Assembly (NCBI RefSeq): GCF_009914755.1
Contig: NC_060929.1
Reading direction: 5' to 3' (one strand)
DNA: 64,000 bases
DNA from: the human T2T-CHM13v2.0 reference genome, Homo sapiens
A program made the translations under genes and the position numbers. Positions within the stretch are counted from its first letter, which is position 1; each line of letters starts with the position of its first letter. Of this stretch, positions 47,514-64,000 are shown piece by piece. The notes under the pieces were generated by a model. The model was not told the origin of the DNA. It saw only the letters and a list, made by a program, of their open reading frames with translations, and did not search any database.

Positions 47514-47952
47514 AAAATGTTTCAAAGTTTGAATAAATTTAAGACAATGACAAGATGAGGAGCACTTTAGTTGCAGGGCTCAGAGGGCATGCTCACATAT
47601 TTTACAGTGATCCAAAATATTTTTCTTTCTATATTATGAAACATTTAGAGAATGAATCAATAATTAAATATCTGTACAAATAAGAAACAAATAATTTACC
47701 ATATAAAGAATGAGCTACTTCAAATAATTTCATAAGCAGGAAATGAATTACAATAAAATAAAATCATAAATGAAATGCCTTATTCCACGAGCATTCTTTT
47801 GTTTATTGTCAATAAGAGTGAAGAAAATAGTATTCTGCCTCCAAAGAGTTCACTGTGTGTGTTTATTACTGGCAATTGCAGAGTCAATTGAAAATATTCC
47901 TGGTGGTTATATTTATCCTCTCATAATTTTACACAAAATATGATGCAACTAT

Positions 47953-50900
47953 TTTTCTTTTTTTTTTCTTTTTTACTGTTAAAGACACTTAACATGAGAT
48001 TACCTTAGTACCAAATTTTAAAGTGCACAGTACAATATTGTTAACTAGAGGCACAGGGTTGTACAGCAGATCTCCAGAACATATTCATCTTGCATAACAA
48101 AAACTTTATACTCATTAACCAACAACTTTCCATTTTTCCTTTCCCCCAGCTCTTGGCAACTACCATTGTGCTCTTTGTTTCTATGGATTTGACTATTGTA
48201 AATACCTCAAATGAGTGGAATCTAGCAGTATTAATCTTTCTATAACAGGGATTATTTAACTTAGAATAATGTCCTTCAGGCTCATTTATATTGTCACAGA
48301 TGACAGAATTTCCTTCTTTTTAAAGGCTAAATTATACTTTCTTGTACATATATACCACATTTTGTTTATCCATTCATCTGTGGATGGACATTTAGGTTGT
48401 TTCTAATCTTGGCTATTTTGAATAATGGTGCAGTGAACACAAGATCTTCAAGATCCTGATTTTAATACTTTTGGATGTATACCCAGAGGTAAGATTGCTG
48501 GATCACATGGCAATTCCATTTTTATTTTTTGAGGAGCAATCATACTGTTTTCTATAGTAGCTGCACCAGTTGCCTTTCCTACAAGAGTGCATGAAGCTTC
48601 CAATTTCTCCGCATTCTTGCCAAAACTCGTTATCTTTTTTGTTGTTGTTTTTTGATAATCTCCATTCTTACAGGTATTAGGTGCTATTATATGGTAGTTT
48701 CAATTTGCATTTCCCTGACGACTAGTGATGTTGAGCATTTTTTCACATACTTGTTGCCATTTTTATGTCTTCTTTAGAGAAATATCTATTCAAGTCCTTC
48801 GCCCAGTTTGTAATTAGATTATTTGTTTTTTGGCTGTTGAGTTGTACCTTGCATATTTTGAATATTAACCCCTCATCAGATATATGACTTTCAAATATTT
48901 TCTCTCATTCTGTATGCTGCCTTTTTACTCTGTTGATTGTTTTATTTGCTGTGCAGCAGCTTTTAGTTTGATATAGTCTCCTTTTTTTTTTTCCTTTTCT
49001 TTTAACTTTTATTTCAAGTGTAGGGGTACATGTGCAGGTTTGTTACATAGGTAAACTTGTGTCATGGTTGTTTGTTGCACAGATTATTTCATCACCACCC
49101 TCTACCCTCCAATAAGCCCCACTGTGTGTTGTTCTCCTCTATGTGTCCATGTGTTCTTATCATTTAGCTTTTCTGTTGCCTGTGCTTTTGGTGTCATACC
49201 CAAGAAATCACTGCCAGGCATGATGTCGTGAAGGTTTTCTCGTATGTTTTCTTCTGGGAGTTTTATAGTTTCACTTTTTACATTGTTGTTAAGCTGTTTT
49301 GAGACCTTTTTCCTTTTTGTATAGTATAAGGGCCATATTTCTTTCTTTTGCATATGGATATCCAGTTTCCACAACAATATATGTGAAATTTCCCCATTGT
49401 GTGTTTTCTTCCCCATTGTGTATTCTTGGCATTCTTGTCAAAGATCAGTTGACTGTATACATATAGATTTATTTCAGGGCTGTCAATTCTGTCTTATATG
49501 TCTGTTTTGTCTTTTTATATCAGAACCACACTGTTTTAATTAGCATAGCTTTGCAATATATTATTAAATCATTAACTGTTATATCTCCTGTTATGTGTTT
49601 TTTTCTCAAGATTGATTTGGTTATTTAGCCTCTCTGGTTCTATAAAAATGTTAAGATTTTTTTCTATTTCTGCAAAAAATGTCATTGGGAATTTGATAGG
49701 GATTGCATTGAATCAGTTGATTGCTTTGGGTAGTATGGACATTGAAACATTATTACGTCTTCCAACTGATGAACAAGATATCTTTCCATGTATTTGCATC
49801 AATTTAAATTTCTTGCATCATTGATTTGTAGTTTTTAATATACAAGTCTTTCACCTTCTTGGTTGAGTGTACTCCTAAGAATTTTATTTTTTTAATGCTA
49901 TTATAAATATGTTATTTTTCTTAATTACTTTTTGGATAGTTCATTGTTAGTACATATAAATGCTACTGATGTTTGTGTGTTGATTTTTTGTTTTGCAACT
50001 TTCCTGTATTGGTTTATTAGTGCTAACTTTTTTTGTATGTGTGGTGTCTTTGGGATTTCCAATATTTAAGATCATGCTGTATGCAAACAAGGTAATTTTA
50101 CTTCTTCCTTTCTGATTTGAAATGACTTTAATTGCCTAACTGCTCTTGCTAAAACTTCCAGTACAATGTGAATAGAAGTGGTGAGAGTGGGCATACTTGC
50201 CTTATTTTTGAGCTAGAGGAATATCTTTCAATTTTTCACTATTGAGAATGATATTAGCTATGGGCTTCTCATATGACCTTTATTGTGTTGAGGTAAATTC
50301 CTGCTATATATAGTTTGTTGAGAATTTTCATTATGAAATTGTGTTAAATTTTGTCAAATGTCCTTTCTGCATTCATCAAAATGATCACGTTATTTTCATC
50401 TTTCAGTCACATTAATTGATTAGCATATGTTTAACCATCTTTGCATCCCAGATGTAAGTCCCACTTGATCAGGCTGTATGATTTTTTTAATGTGCTATTG
50501 GATTTAGTTTTATAGTATTTTGTTGAGGATCTGTGCATCTCTATTCATCTGGGATATTGGCCCATAGTTTTCTTTTCTTACAGTGTCTTTGACTTTGGTA
50601 TCAGGACAATGCTGGCTTCATAAAACAACTTTGAAAGTTTCTCTCCGATTTTTTGAAAGGGCTTAAGGATTGGTGTTTGTTTTTCTTTAAATGTTTCATA
50701 GAATTTACCAATGAAGGCATCTGGTTCTGGGATTTTCTTTGTTAGGAGGTTTATATTTACTTTTTCAGTCTTACTCATTATTGGCCTGTTCAAGTTTTCC
50801 ATTTCTTCATGATGTAGTTTTGGTAGGTTGTATGTTTCCAGGAATTTATCCATTTCTTCTAGGTTAACCCATTTGTTGGTATATGATATTTTATAATAGT

Positions 50901-51205
50901 CCCTTATGATGTGTTTTATTTCTGTTGCATCAGTTATAATGTCTCCTCTTTAATTTCTGATTTTATTATCAATTTTGTTGATTTTTTAAAAATTCCAACT
51001 GTTAGTTTCACTGATTCTTAAATTGTTTTTGCTTTGTTTAATTTTGTTTTAATCTTTATTATTTCCTTTCTTCTGCTAACTTTGAGCTTAGTTCTCAAAA
51101 TGAACTTTGTTCATTTTTTTTTAGTTCCTTGAGGTATACTTAGGTTGTTCATTTGAGATATTTCTTCTTTCTGAATGTAGATGTTTCTCACTATAAATTT
51201 CCATG
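47953..51205 (-). mobile_element. L1MA8/9-like LINE-1 (3'UTR and ORF2 RT region)
   Basis: acacttaacatgagat...ttgtacagcagatctccagaac 3'UTR; ORF 50578-50853 MDKFLETYNLPKL...FYEASIVLIPK. Confidence 0.85.
48982..49168 (-). mobile_element. Short older-L1PA 3'-end fragment nested in L1MA
   Basis: Poly-T then ggggtacatgtgcaggtttgttacataggtaaacttgtgtcatgg. Confidence 0.78.
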
Positions 51206-52048
51206 TTAATGCTGGTTTTGCATATATTTCAAATTAAGAGGTAAGAGATGGAAATAACATTTTCCATAATTGTTCCAAATATACTTATGTAATAATTGTG
51301 TCTTAATGTTTTTCCTCAGAAAGTTTACATTATCATATAATAAGAGTTGGTATGTAATTATTATTTTAGTTCTTTCCCTTCTGTTCCACTCACTGTTTAA
51401 AACGTTGCACAAATTGTGTAGTGTTTTATGTTTTTATTCTAAATAATATGTTCTGCAGTCTGAGAGGAGCAGGTCTCTTTTTATTCAGTAATAGTGCATA
51501 TGTTCTTCTAAATAAACATTTTTCAAGTTTATTTTAAATCAAGTATTATTAAGTTCAAGTTTGGATTTAAAGACTTAGATTAGAATGGTTTATATAAGCT
51601 TCTTAGAACTGGACATATACACCGTGATTCATGCATAGACGTTGCTATTGAATGTAATACTGGCTTTCTGTTTAGCAAGGAAAAACTATTTTATTTCATC
51701 TAATAAAATGCATTTACTAGAATTCGGTTCTAAGTTTTAGCAATGACTTTTAGACATGTAGTAAATTATTATCCATTATTTTCTTATTTAACCTGTTACC
51801 TTAATATTATGTTAAAAGAGTCTCTGATATTAATATTGATCTTTGGATTTCTAAAGGGGAGAAAAAATTAGTACTCGTTCATAATGTAATATTCTTTTAA
51901 TAGAGTACTGAATTCAAATTCCTAGTACTTTATATAATTGCCAGTTATCTTTCTCAGTGAGATGAGTAAGAAGTTTGTTTTGTCAAAATAATGGACAAGA
52001 ATGTGTTGATGTAAGGTGAGAAACTAGACTCAACAAGTAATGATTTTA

Positions 52049-52957
52049 GGGGAGAGGAGCCAAGATGGCCGAATAGGAACAGCTCCGGTCTACAGCTCCC
52101 AGCATGAGCGACACAGAAGATGGGTGATTTCTGCATTTCCATCTGAGGTACCGGGTTCATCTCACTAGGGAGTGCCAGACAGTGGGCGCAGGTCAGTGGG
52201 TGCATGCACCGTGCACAAGCCGAAGCAGGGCGAGGCATTGCCTCACTCGGGAAGCACAAGGGGTCAGGGAGTTCCCTTTTCTAGTCAAAGAAAGGGGTGA
52301 CAGATGGCACCTGGAAAATTGGGTCACTCCCACCTGAACACTGCGCTTTTCCGACGGGCTTAAAAAACGGCGCACCAGGAGATTATATCTCCCACCTGGC
52401 TTGGAGGGACTTACGCCCATGGAGTCTCGCTGATTGCTAGCACAGCAGCCTGAGATCAAACTGCAAGGCGGCAGCGAGGCTGGGGGAGGGGCGCCCGCCA
52501 TTGCCCAGGCTTGCTTAGGTAAACAAAGCAGCCGGAAAGCTCGAACTGGGTGGAGCCCACCACAGCTCAAGGAGGCCTGCCTGCCTCTGTAGGCTCCACC
52601 TCTGGGGGGCAGGGCACAGACAAACAAAAAGACAGCAGTAACTTCTGCAGACTTAAATGTCCCTGTCTGACAGCTTTGAAGAGAGCAGTGGTTCTCCCAG
52701 CACGCAGATGGAGATCTGAGAACGGGCAGACTGCCTCCTCAAGTGGGTCCCTGACCCCTGACCCCCGAGCAGCCTAACTGGGAGGCACCCCCCAGCAGGG
52801 GCACACTGACACCTCACATGGCCGGGTACTCCAACAGACCTGCAGCTGAGGGTCCTGTCTGTTAGAAGGAAAACTAACAAACAAAAAGGACATCCACACC
52901 AAAAACCCATCTGTACATCACCATCATCAAAGACCAAAAGTAGATAAAACCACAAAG
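52049..52957 (+). promoter_or_regulatory. L1 5'UTR internal sense and antisense promoter
   Basis: YY1 motif caagatggc at 52061-52069 intact; GC/CpG-rich; promoter activity is established for L1PA 5'UTRs in general, not shown for this copy. Confidence 0.75.
52193..52501 (-). CDS. L1 ORF0 (antisense), open, 102 aa
   Basis: ATG at 52501-52499; MAGAPPPASLPPCSLISGCCASNQRDS matches the ORF0 N-terminus. Confidence 0.7.
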   Translation of the reverse strand: MAGAPPPASLPPCSLISGCCASNQRDSMGVSPSKPGGRYNLLVRRFLSPSEKRSVQVGVTQFSRCHLSPLSLTRKGNSLTPCASRVRQCLALLRLVHGACTH

Positions 52958-53956
52958 ATGGGGAAAAAACAGAGCAGAAAAACTGGAAACTCTAAAAAGC
53001 AGAGCACCTCTCCTCCTCCAAAGGAAGGCAGTTCCTCACCAGCAACGGAACAAAGCTGGATGGAGAATGACTTTGACGAGCTGAGAGAAGAAGGCTTCAG
53101 ACGATCAAATTACTCCGAGCTATGGGAGGACATTCAAACCAAAGGCAAAGAAGTTGAAAACTTTGAAAAAAATTTAGAAGAATGTATAACTAGAATAACC
53201 AATACAGAGAAGTGCTTAAAGGAGCTCATGGAGCTGAAAACCAAGGCTCGAGAACTACGTGAAGAATGCAGAAGCCTCAGGAGCCGATGCGATCAACTGG
53301 AAGAAAGGGTATCAGCGATAGAAGATGAAATGAATGAAATGAAGCGAGAAGGGAAGTTTAGAGAAAAAAGAATAAAAAGAAACGAGCAAAGCTTCCAAGA
53401 AATATGGGACTATGTGAAAAGATCAAATCTACGTCTGATTGATGTGCCTGAAAGTGACGGGGAAAATGGAACCAAGTTGGAAAACACTCTGCAGGATATT
53501 ATCCAGGAGAACTTCCCCAACCTAGCAAGGCAGGCCAACATTCAGATTCAGAAAATACAGAGAACGCCACAAAGATACTCCTCGAGAAGAGCAACTCCAA
53601 GACACATAATTGTCAGATTCACCAAAGTTGAAATGAAGGAAAAAATGTTAAGGGCAGCCAGAGAGAAAGGTCGGGTTACCCTCAAAGGGAAGCCCATCAG
53701 ACTAACAGCAGATCTCTTGGCAGAAACTCTACAAGCCAGAAAAGAGTGGGGGCCAATATTCAACATTCTTAAAGTAAAGAATTTTCAATCCAGAATTTCA
53801 TATCCAGCCAAACTAAGCCTCACAAGTGAAGGGGAAATAAAATCCTTTACAGACAAGCAAATGCTGAGAGATTTTGTCACCACCAGGCCTGCCCTAAAAG
53901 AGCTCCTGAAGGAAGCACTAAACATGGAAAAGAACAACTGGTACCAGCTGCTGTAA
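52958..53956 (+). CDS. L1 ORF1p (RNA-binding chaperone), 332 aa, premature stop 6 codons before the normal end
   Basis: MGKKQSRKTGNSK..., REKG and YPAKLS motifs; TAA replaces the Q of QNHAKM*; ARKEW in place of ARREW. Confidence 0.9.
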   Translation: MGKKQSRKTGNSKKQSTSPPPKEGSSSPATEQSWMENDFDELREEGFRRSNYSELWEDIQTKGKEVENFEKNLEECITRITNTEKCLKELMELKTKARELREECRSLRSRCDQLEERVSAIEDEMNEMKREGKFREKRIKRNEQSFQEIWDYVKRSNLRLIDVPESDGENGTKLENTLQDIIQENFPNLARQANIQIQKIQRTPQRYSSRRATPRHIIVRFTKVEMKEKMLRAAREKGRVTLKGKPIRLTADLLAETLQARKEWGPIFNILKVKNFQSRISYPAKLSLTSEGEIKSFTDKQMLRDFVTTRPALKELLKEALNMEKNNWYQLL

Positions 53957-54037
53957 AATCATGCCAAAATGTAAAGACCATTGAGACTAGGAAGAAACTG
54001 CATCAACTAACGAGCAAAATCACCAGCTAACATCATA

Positions 54038-57864
<3,827 letters not shown>

Positions 57865-58599
57865 ACAATGAGAACACATGGACACAGGAAGGGGAACATC
57901 ACACTCTGGGGACTGTTGTGGGGTGGGGGGAGGGGGGAGGGATAGTACTGGGAGATATACCTAATGCCAGATGACGAGTTAGTGGGTGCAGCGCACCAGC
58001 ATGGCACATGTATACATATGTAACTAACTTGCACATTGTGCACATGTACCCTAAAACTTAAAGTATGATAATAATAATAATAATTAAAAAAAAAAGTAAT
58101 GGTTTTAAAGAAAGGCAAACAGGAAACTTGTCAAAGGAAAAAAGATAACGGTTCCAAAAGGCTAACATAATGCATAAGAATTTTGCCTAGTACAAGTCCA
58201 GTGAAAAATCGTCACAATATAATATGCAGTCAATTGATTTTCAAAAATGGTGCCAAGATGCACAATGGGGAGAAGATAGTCTCTTTAACAGATGGTATTA
58301 TGAAAACATAAACAAAATAAAATAAAATAATGATAGGTGCGTTCAATAGTTAAAAATGAGCATTAAACAAGAGAAAAATTAGCAAGTAATGGGGTTCAGA
58401 AATTAAAAATAACTTGGTAGAATAATTTTTTTGTTTTGAATTAGTAGGAGAAATTATGATGAAATATATATGCACATTAAGTTTCTGGGAAATAAGAAAT
58501 ATATAACCTAAATATTATTTTATAATAATATTGAATAATAATATTGTTTGTTGCATGTTATAGATATTTTCCTCAATATGATTAAGATAATATGTATTC

Positions 58600-59230
58600 A
58601 AATTAGTAGAAAAAATTCAAGATCCCAAGTAAATTAATGGGCAAACAATATCATAGTTTATACATAGGAAATACAATGGATAAATAAATGGGACAAAAAT
58701 CTAGCTTCTGTAGTTATCAAAAAAATATAAAATAAGGCAATCTTAAGATTTTTTTTTTCCACAGTAAGGGTAGTAAAGAAACAAACAAAAAACAAAACAT
58801 TCAATGTTGGCAATACTTCAAAGAAATTGCCATTTTTTTATTACTGCCAACTCTGTAATTTCATACAGAGTTTCTGAAAAGTAATATGGCAGAGAAATTA
58901 AATTGCTTGAGACTTGAATATCATATTTTCATTCCTAATTTTATCCCACATAAGCAATCTAACAGAAGCTTAAATACACTTAAATATGCTCACTGTTGCT
59001 CTAGTAATGATAGTAAAACATGAATAAAAGAAAATATTTTACTAACATATAGTACAATCTATTAGAATATACATGCATACGTATATGTTCTGTTTACATG
59101 TATGTGTTGTATATCCATTACTATAAATATGAAGGACCTGTAGAAAAACCAAATTGTTTATGACATAATTCTAGGTGAAAAACAGTATATAATGCATTAC
59201 ATTAATATTGCAAATAAACAAGTATATGTG
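58600..59230 (+). mobile_element. Old L1M 3' relic
   Basis: aaattaatgggcaaacaatat; tttctgaaaagtaatatggca; atatgctcactgttgct. Confidence 0.5.
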
Positions 59231-59629
59231 CCACTAATCATTAACAGTGGATAGTGAAAGGTTAATCACATAAATTAACCAATTCATTGGCTTGCTAATG
59301 TTAACATTACAAGACAATACATTTCTCTGACTTGTAGATCTCTTTGCCTTTTTGTGTACCTATTTGCTTGATAAACAGGTATCATTTATGTCCTGATTAC
59401 TTACAAAAGTAATGTATTGACCTAAATACTGAGTCAACAGATTTTGAAAAATAAAGGTTAACTTGAAAATTGTAGTAACAATTCTGGATGTATATTCTAA
59501 TTTGGTGAGCTTTTCTTTACACTGAAATGTTACGATGGAACTTTGGTAAATTCAACCTGCATACAGGGCCAATTCTCATTAAAATGACAGTGAATTTACA
59601 GTAGGTAAAAGCATGATTGCTAATGCCAT

Positions 59630-59760
59630 TGATTCATTTATTTATTCATTTTATCATAAACATATCTTGCATCTCTAGTATGTGTCTGATATCATTCAGA
59701 TCCTAAACAAGACTGAAACTACAGTTGTTATTACTGAGCTTATAGTTTCTAGAGGAGAAA
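59630..59760 (-). mobile_element. L2 3'-end relic
   Basis: attcatttatttattcatt...gagcttatagtttctagaggag. Confidence 0.5.
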
Positions 59761-59764
59761 ACCA

Positions 59765-60195
59765 GTTGCCACAGACTCATTGGTGCCATGCTTAGATTCC
59801 CTGGGAACCCTTATTGGTTTGGTGTGTCTACTCTCAGCATCATGATGGGATTTTGCTGCAATGACACACATCTGTAACCTTTTCTGGAGTGTTGCTCTTA
59901 GGATAGTGGAGTCATCTTATTTGGAGAGCCTAGGAATTAAGCCCGACCTCCCTGCCTTGAGGAAGCCTGTATCCAATAACCGATGCTGTGTACAGAAGTC
60001 CAATAACTACTTTAAGGTAGGATATACTCTGTGGGATAACTTATGTTTTGGAGCTCCTCTGTGGGATCAGGTCGAAGCTCAACTTTATGCCAACCATTCT
60101 TTGCTGAACTTCCTCTCTTTCGCTGTCCTGTTTCCCTCACTCTCATGCAAGTTTTTTTTGAGAGTCCTCTCAATGTAAGAATCTTATAACCTAGA
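59765..60195 (+). mobile_element. LTR16-like ERVL solo LTR
   Basis: ggtgccatgcttagattccc; aactactttaaggtaggatatactctgtggg; ggagctcctctgtgggatcagg; gtcctgtttccctcactc. Confidence 0.65.
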
Positions 60196-62399
60196 TTAGA
60201 AAGTCAGAGGCATCTTCCTTGAGAAAAATGCATTTGTATAAGACCCTATGTCTTTTGTGTATTTTGTTTTAAAAAAACATAGCATGCATTCATGAAATGG
60301 ATGCCTGTGGTCTTTGATGATGACCATCATGAAATTCATCAGCTAATATCATGACTGAATCCTTTTTCTTATATGCATCAAACTGTAAACATTGGTCACA
60401 GATGGGAGTGAATCCACCACAACGAGTAATGAGTTACTCAGGCACAATACCTATCTGGGCACATTAGAGATTGCCATAGGAAACATCCATGAAACTGTAC
60501 CACTGAGCACTCCCTTCAACCTACATGTGCATGTTTGTGTGCATATATGTAAATGCAGTTCTCTATTATATATGTACATGTGTGTATTTCATAGTTGGCA
60601 TAGTTATTTTGGTAATGAAAACTGGCCGGTGGAATTTGGGTGATAACCAAAATGATACTATGTTTAACACAACTCTATTATGAGCCTCTAGTTCTATGTT
60701 TCTGCTTAATGCCACAGACATAATGCTTTTCTTAAATCAAATTTTGGAGTTAAAGTTCATATTGTGAATTTTAGTAGGACATTGATTCTCCTTTATATCA
60801 GATGTATTCTGTTTAAGGCACAGACCATAAGTATAAGCTGCACTAATCGCTGAGATCTTGGTGGAGAGAAGAGGTACAACTTTTTAAAAAAATCTCCATG
60901 GTAGTTATGATGAAATCAAATAAGAAGGTAGACAGTCCTACTGCTTTTTAGTGCTTACTGTGCACCGCACACTAGAAAGCACAATTATGCTATATACAAT
61001 TTTCAAATGGTTATTATCATGGCAAAACACATGAAAGTATTACTGATAAAAGGTAAGTGATAATAAAAGCCAGCAGTTCCTGTATTCAATGTTTACAAGA
61101 CAAAATAAATTTAGCAAACATGTTTGTCAAGATTATGTTGAAATAATTCTACTTCACACTCTATAATATGGCTTATTAAAGGGCACATTTATTTTAAAAT
61201 TCTTTTCATGTGCATAAAGAAGAAGAACTGAAAGTGTCCAACAATATGTTGAAGATACCACAGGGGCACTGTAGCCATTGCAAGGATCATAAATGGATGT
61301 AGGTTCTCATATTGGCATTATTTTTAAAAATAGAATTTTTAACTTTTGAGAAAATAAAATACTTTCATTATCCCGGGACAATAAATTAAGCACCCAAATA
61401 TAATATTTGTCAAATTCTTTGGGAAAAGTTATGTTTTAACATGGATAGTTTGCCAGTGTAATGGTAATCTTGGTTGATATCTATTATATTTTAGAGATTT
61501 TTGAATTCCATAAGTGTACCAGAAGCAATAATAGTCTATTATTTGAAAAACTTTAAGAAGATATTTTATAAACATTGCCTTTTTCCATTTGGACTTAACA
61601 GTACATAAAAGTGATATCATTGTTATTGAAAGCATTTGAAACATTATAGTAGGAAGCATTTCTAAACATATACAAGAGAAAAATAAAGAAAGGAAAAGAG
61701 TTTCATTAAACAGTGGTTTAAATGCCTTTGTAAGTGGACACTATGGTAGGGGTTAAATATGCATTTATTTTAGCAAAGCTTCTTTTATTTTTTCTTTTTC
61801 TTTTTTTAGAAAAATCAGCTCAGGTAAAATCGCTGTTATAACTCAACAAATTGTAAAACTGAAGGGCTCTTGGGTCCAGGACTCTTTGGAGAGAAAATAC
61901 TAGCTCAATATTGTACTTAGCCCAACAGTAAATTAATTACTTAGGGCCTATGTGGTTTTTATGCAGGACACAATCATTTTGAAGGTGGGAGTTGTTTATT
62001 AAAGGTATATTAAAATCAGACTCCAGGCAAGAAAATGGTGAATAATATGCAAAACATATGCTGAGCATAGTTAATTATCAATTAAAAAATTTAAGAATGT
62101 AAGGTTAGGTTAAATGCTGTAGAGATTTGGCTGAGACAACTGTATCCTTAATATTATTACATATCAACCTCTGATTAGTAAATCAGCTGATGCCTATTCA
62201 TCGAGGACCTCCATGCCCAAGAGTTTAATAATTGAACAAGACAATATAGAGTAAAGCAGGCTTATACTCTAGTTAAGAACAAGAGGAATGATAAAATTAA
62301 CAAAGTGTTAACATAGATGTATATAAGAATATCACAAATAATCATGTGTTTAGTTTTATAGCATGGATAGAGAATGAGATACCCACTAAATTTAAATTT

Positions 62400-64000
62400 T
62401 CATATGTGGTATTTAATATTTTCTAAATAGCATACACAAAATGCATATCTATATACCTACGAATCAGCTTAAAAATAAAATAAAATAGTACCCATACCTT
62501 TGAAGCTTAGTGTATTCTCCTTGATCACATTCCCCTCTTTTACTGAGATTACTGTTATTTTGAAGTTTGCGCTATTAATAGTTTCTCTCTTTTCTATTAT
62601 AGCTTTATCATATACACCCCTAGACTTCATTATATGAATATGCTACGAATTATCTATTCTCTTTTCTATGTATATTTGATTTATAGTTTTTCACTATTTT
62701 GAATAATGCTGTGATGCACACTCAGTTCACATTTTCAAAATCTTAGAATTTTTTTTTTTTTGAGACAGGGTCTCACTCTGTCACCCAGGCTGGAGTGCAG
62801 AAGTGTGATCATGACTCACTACAGCCTCGACCTCCCATTAGTCAGATGATCCTTCCACCCCAGCCTCTCAAGCAGCTGGGATTACAGGTATGAGCCACCA
62901 CATCCAGCTAATTTTTGTATTTTTTGCAGAAATGGGGTTTCATCATGTTGTCCAGGCTGGTCTTGAATTACTGGGCTCAAGCAACCCTCCTACCTCGGCC
63001 TCCCAAAGTGCTGAGATTACAGGCGTAAGCCACCTTGTCCGGCCAGGAATCAATTTTCGTTTATGAGAAAGGTCTTTAATTTTTTAGCAAGGATCTAATT
63101 TTGTGTTCAAAGTGGATCCTGCTCATAGAATTAATTGAGATTCTTTCTGTTTTTCCTATTCTATAAAATAATTTGTAGAAGATTGAAATACTTGTTCATT
63201 GCATGTTTAGTAAACTTTCCTACAAAACTATTTGTGGCTTTCTTTGCAGAAAACTATTGAATTACTTATTATTTTTCTTTTTGGTTATAGTACTCTTTAA
63301 GTTCTAGTTCATATTGAATGAGGTAATAAAAATTTGTTTGGAAATCTGTGGAGTTTTTGTGTATTTTTTAAGTATATTGGGATAAATTTTTAGTCATGTT
63401 TATTGTAGTCATGTTATATTAGTCATGTTTAGTAGAGATTATTTAACAATCTCTACTACACCTGTGTTCGTATCATTTTTTTAATTCCTAATATTGTTTG
63501 ATTGTTATATTTTGTTTTATTCTCTTTAATTAGTCTTGCCAAATAATTCTCAATTCTACTACAGAGTCTTTTTACAGGCCAGACTTTTGACTTTGTTCTT
63601 TAATTTTCTCTATTGTGTTTTCCTTTTATATTTTATTAATTTGTCATATTATCTTTATTATTTCCTTATCTCTGCTTTTCTTGGGTTCATTATGTCATTT
63701 TTCTACGAATTCCTTATGTTTGATGCTTAGTTTATTAACTTCAGTCGTATACAAAGAGCTGTGTTAAAATCTATTCTGGTCACGGGCTTGTCAATTTATT
63801 TTTGTGGTTGCCAAATTTTCTTTTGCTTTACATATTTTGAAGCTATGTTTTTAGATGTACACCAATTTGGAGTTATTATATCTTATTGGTAAATTAAAGC
63901 ATATCACATATGTAGTTTTTCTTTATCTCTACTAATTCTTTTGCCCCGAAGTTTATGTTGTCTAAAATTAAATGGTTATACCAGGTTTTCACAGTGAACA
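62400..64000 (-). mobile_element. Old L1M relics (3' end and ORF2), interrupted by an Alu
   Basis: ttgaataatgctgtgatgcaca; taattagtcttgccaaataattctcaatt; gtgttaaaatct...ttttgaagctatgtttttagatgtacac (EN region). Confidence 0.65.
62749..63044 (-). mobile_element. AluJ SINE
   Basis: gagacagggtctcactctgtc, gatcatgactcactacagcctcgacc and ctgggctcaagc AluJ diagnostics. Confidence 0.9.

Noticed and set aside
57908-57942. G-quadruplex-forming G tract
   Set aside because: Standard L1 3'UTR polypurine tract, not locus-specific.

Overview
AT-rich primate (most likely human/great ape) genomic DNA, intergenic or deep intronic. I see no host protein-coding exon, RNA gene or CpG-island promoter; the long ORFs all derive from LINE-1. 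About half the window is interspersed repeats, many nested. These include a full-length but ORF2-disabled L1PA2/3 (52049-58093, TSD intact, ORF0 open, 129-bp ZNF93-site deletion type), a 3'-truncated L1PA7/8 (-) with a near-perfect fold-back hairpin at its 5' junction, and a twin-primed (5'-inverted) L1PB1. Also present: several L1M/HAL1/L2/MIR relics, seven Alus, solo LTRs (LTR7/HERVH, LTR9-like, MER31, LTR16-like, MST/MLT1) and a MER44A DNA transposon. A repeat-free block at ~31.8-32.4 kb is dense in homeodomain/POU/SOX/TALE motifs and looks like a developmental enhancer. Subfamily names come from my recall of consensus sequences, not from a RepeatMasker run, and boundaries of old repeats are approximate. 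I cannot support a previously undescribed biological system; the most unusual structure is the L1 junction/hairpin at 36.56 and 41.6 kb.
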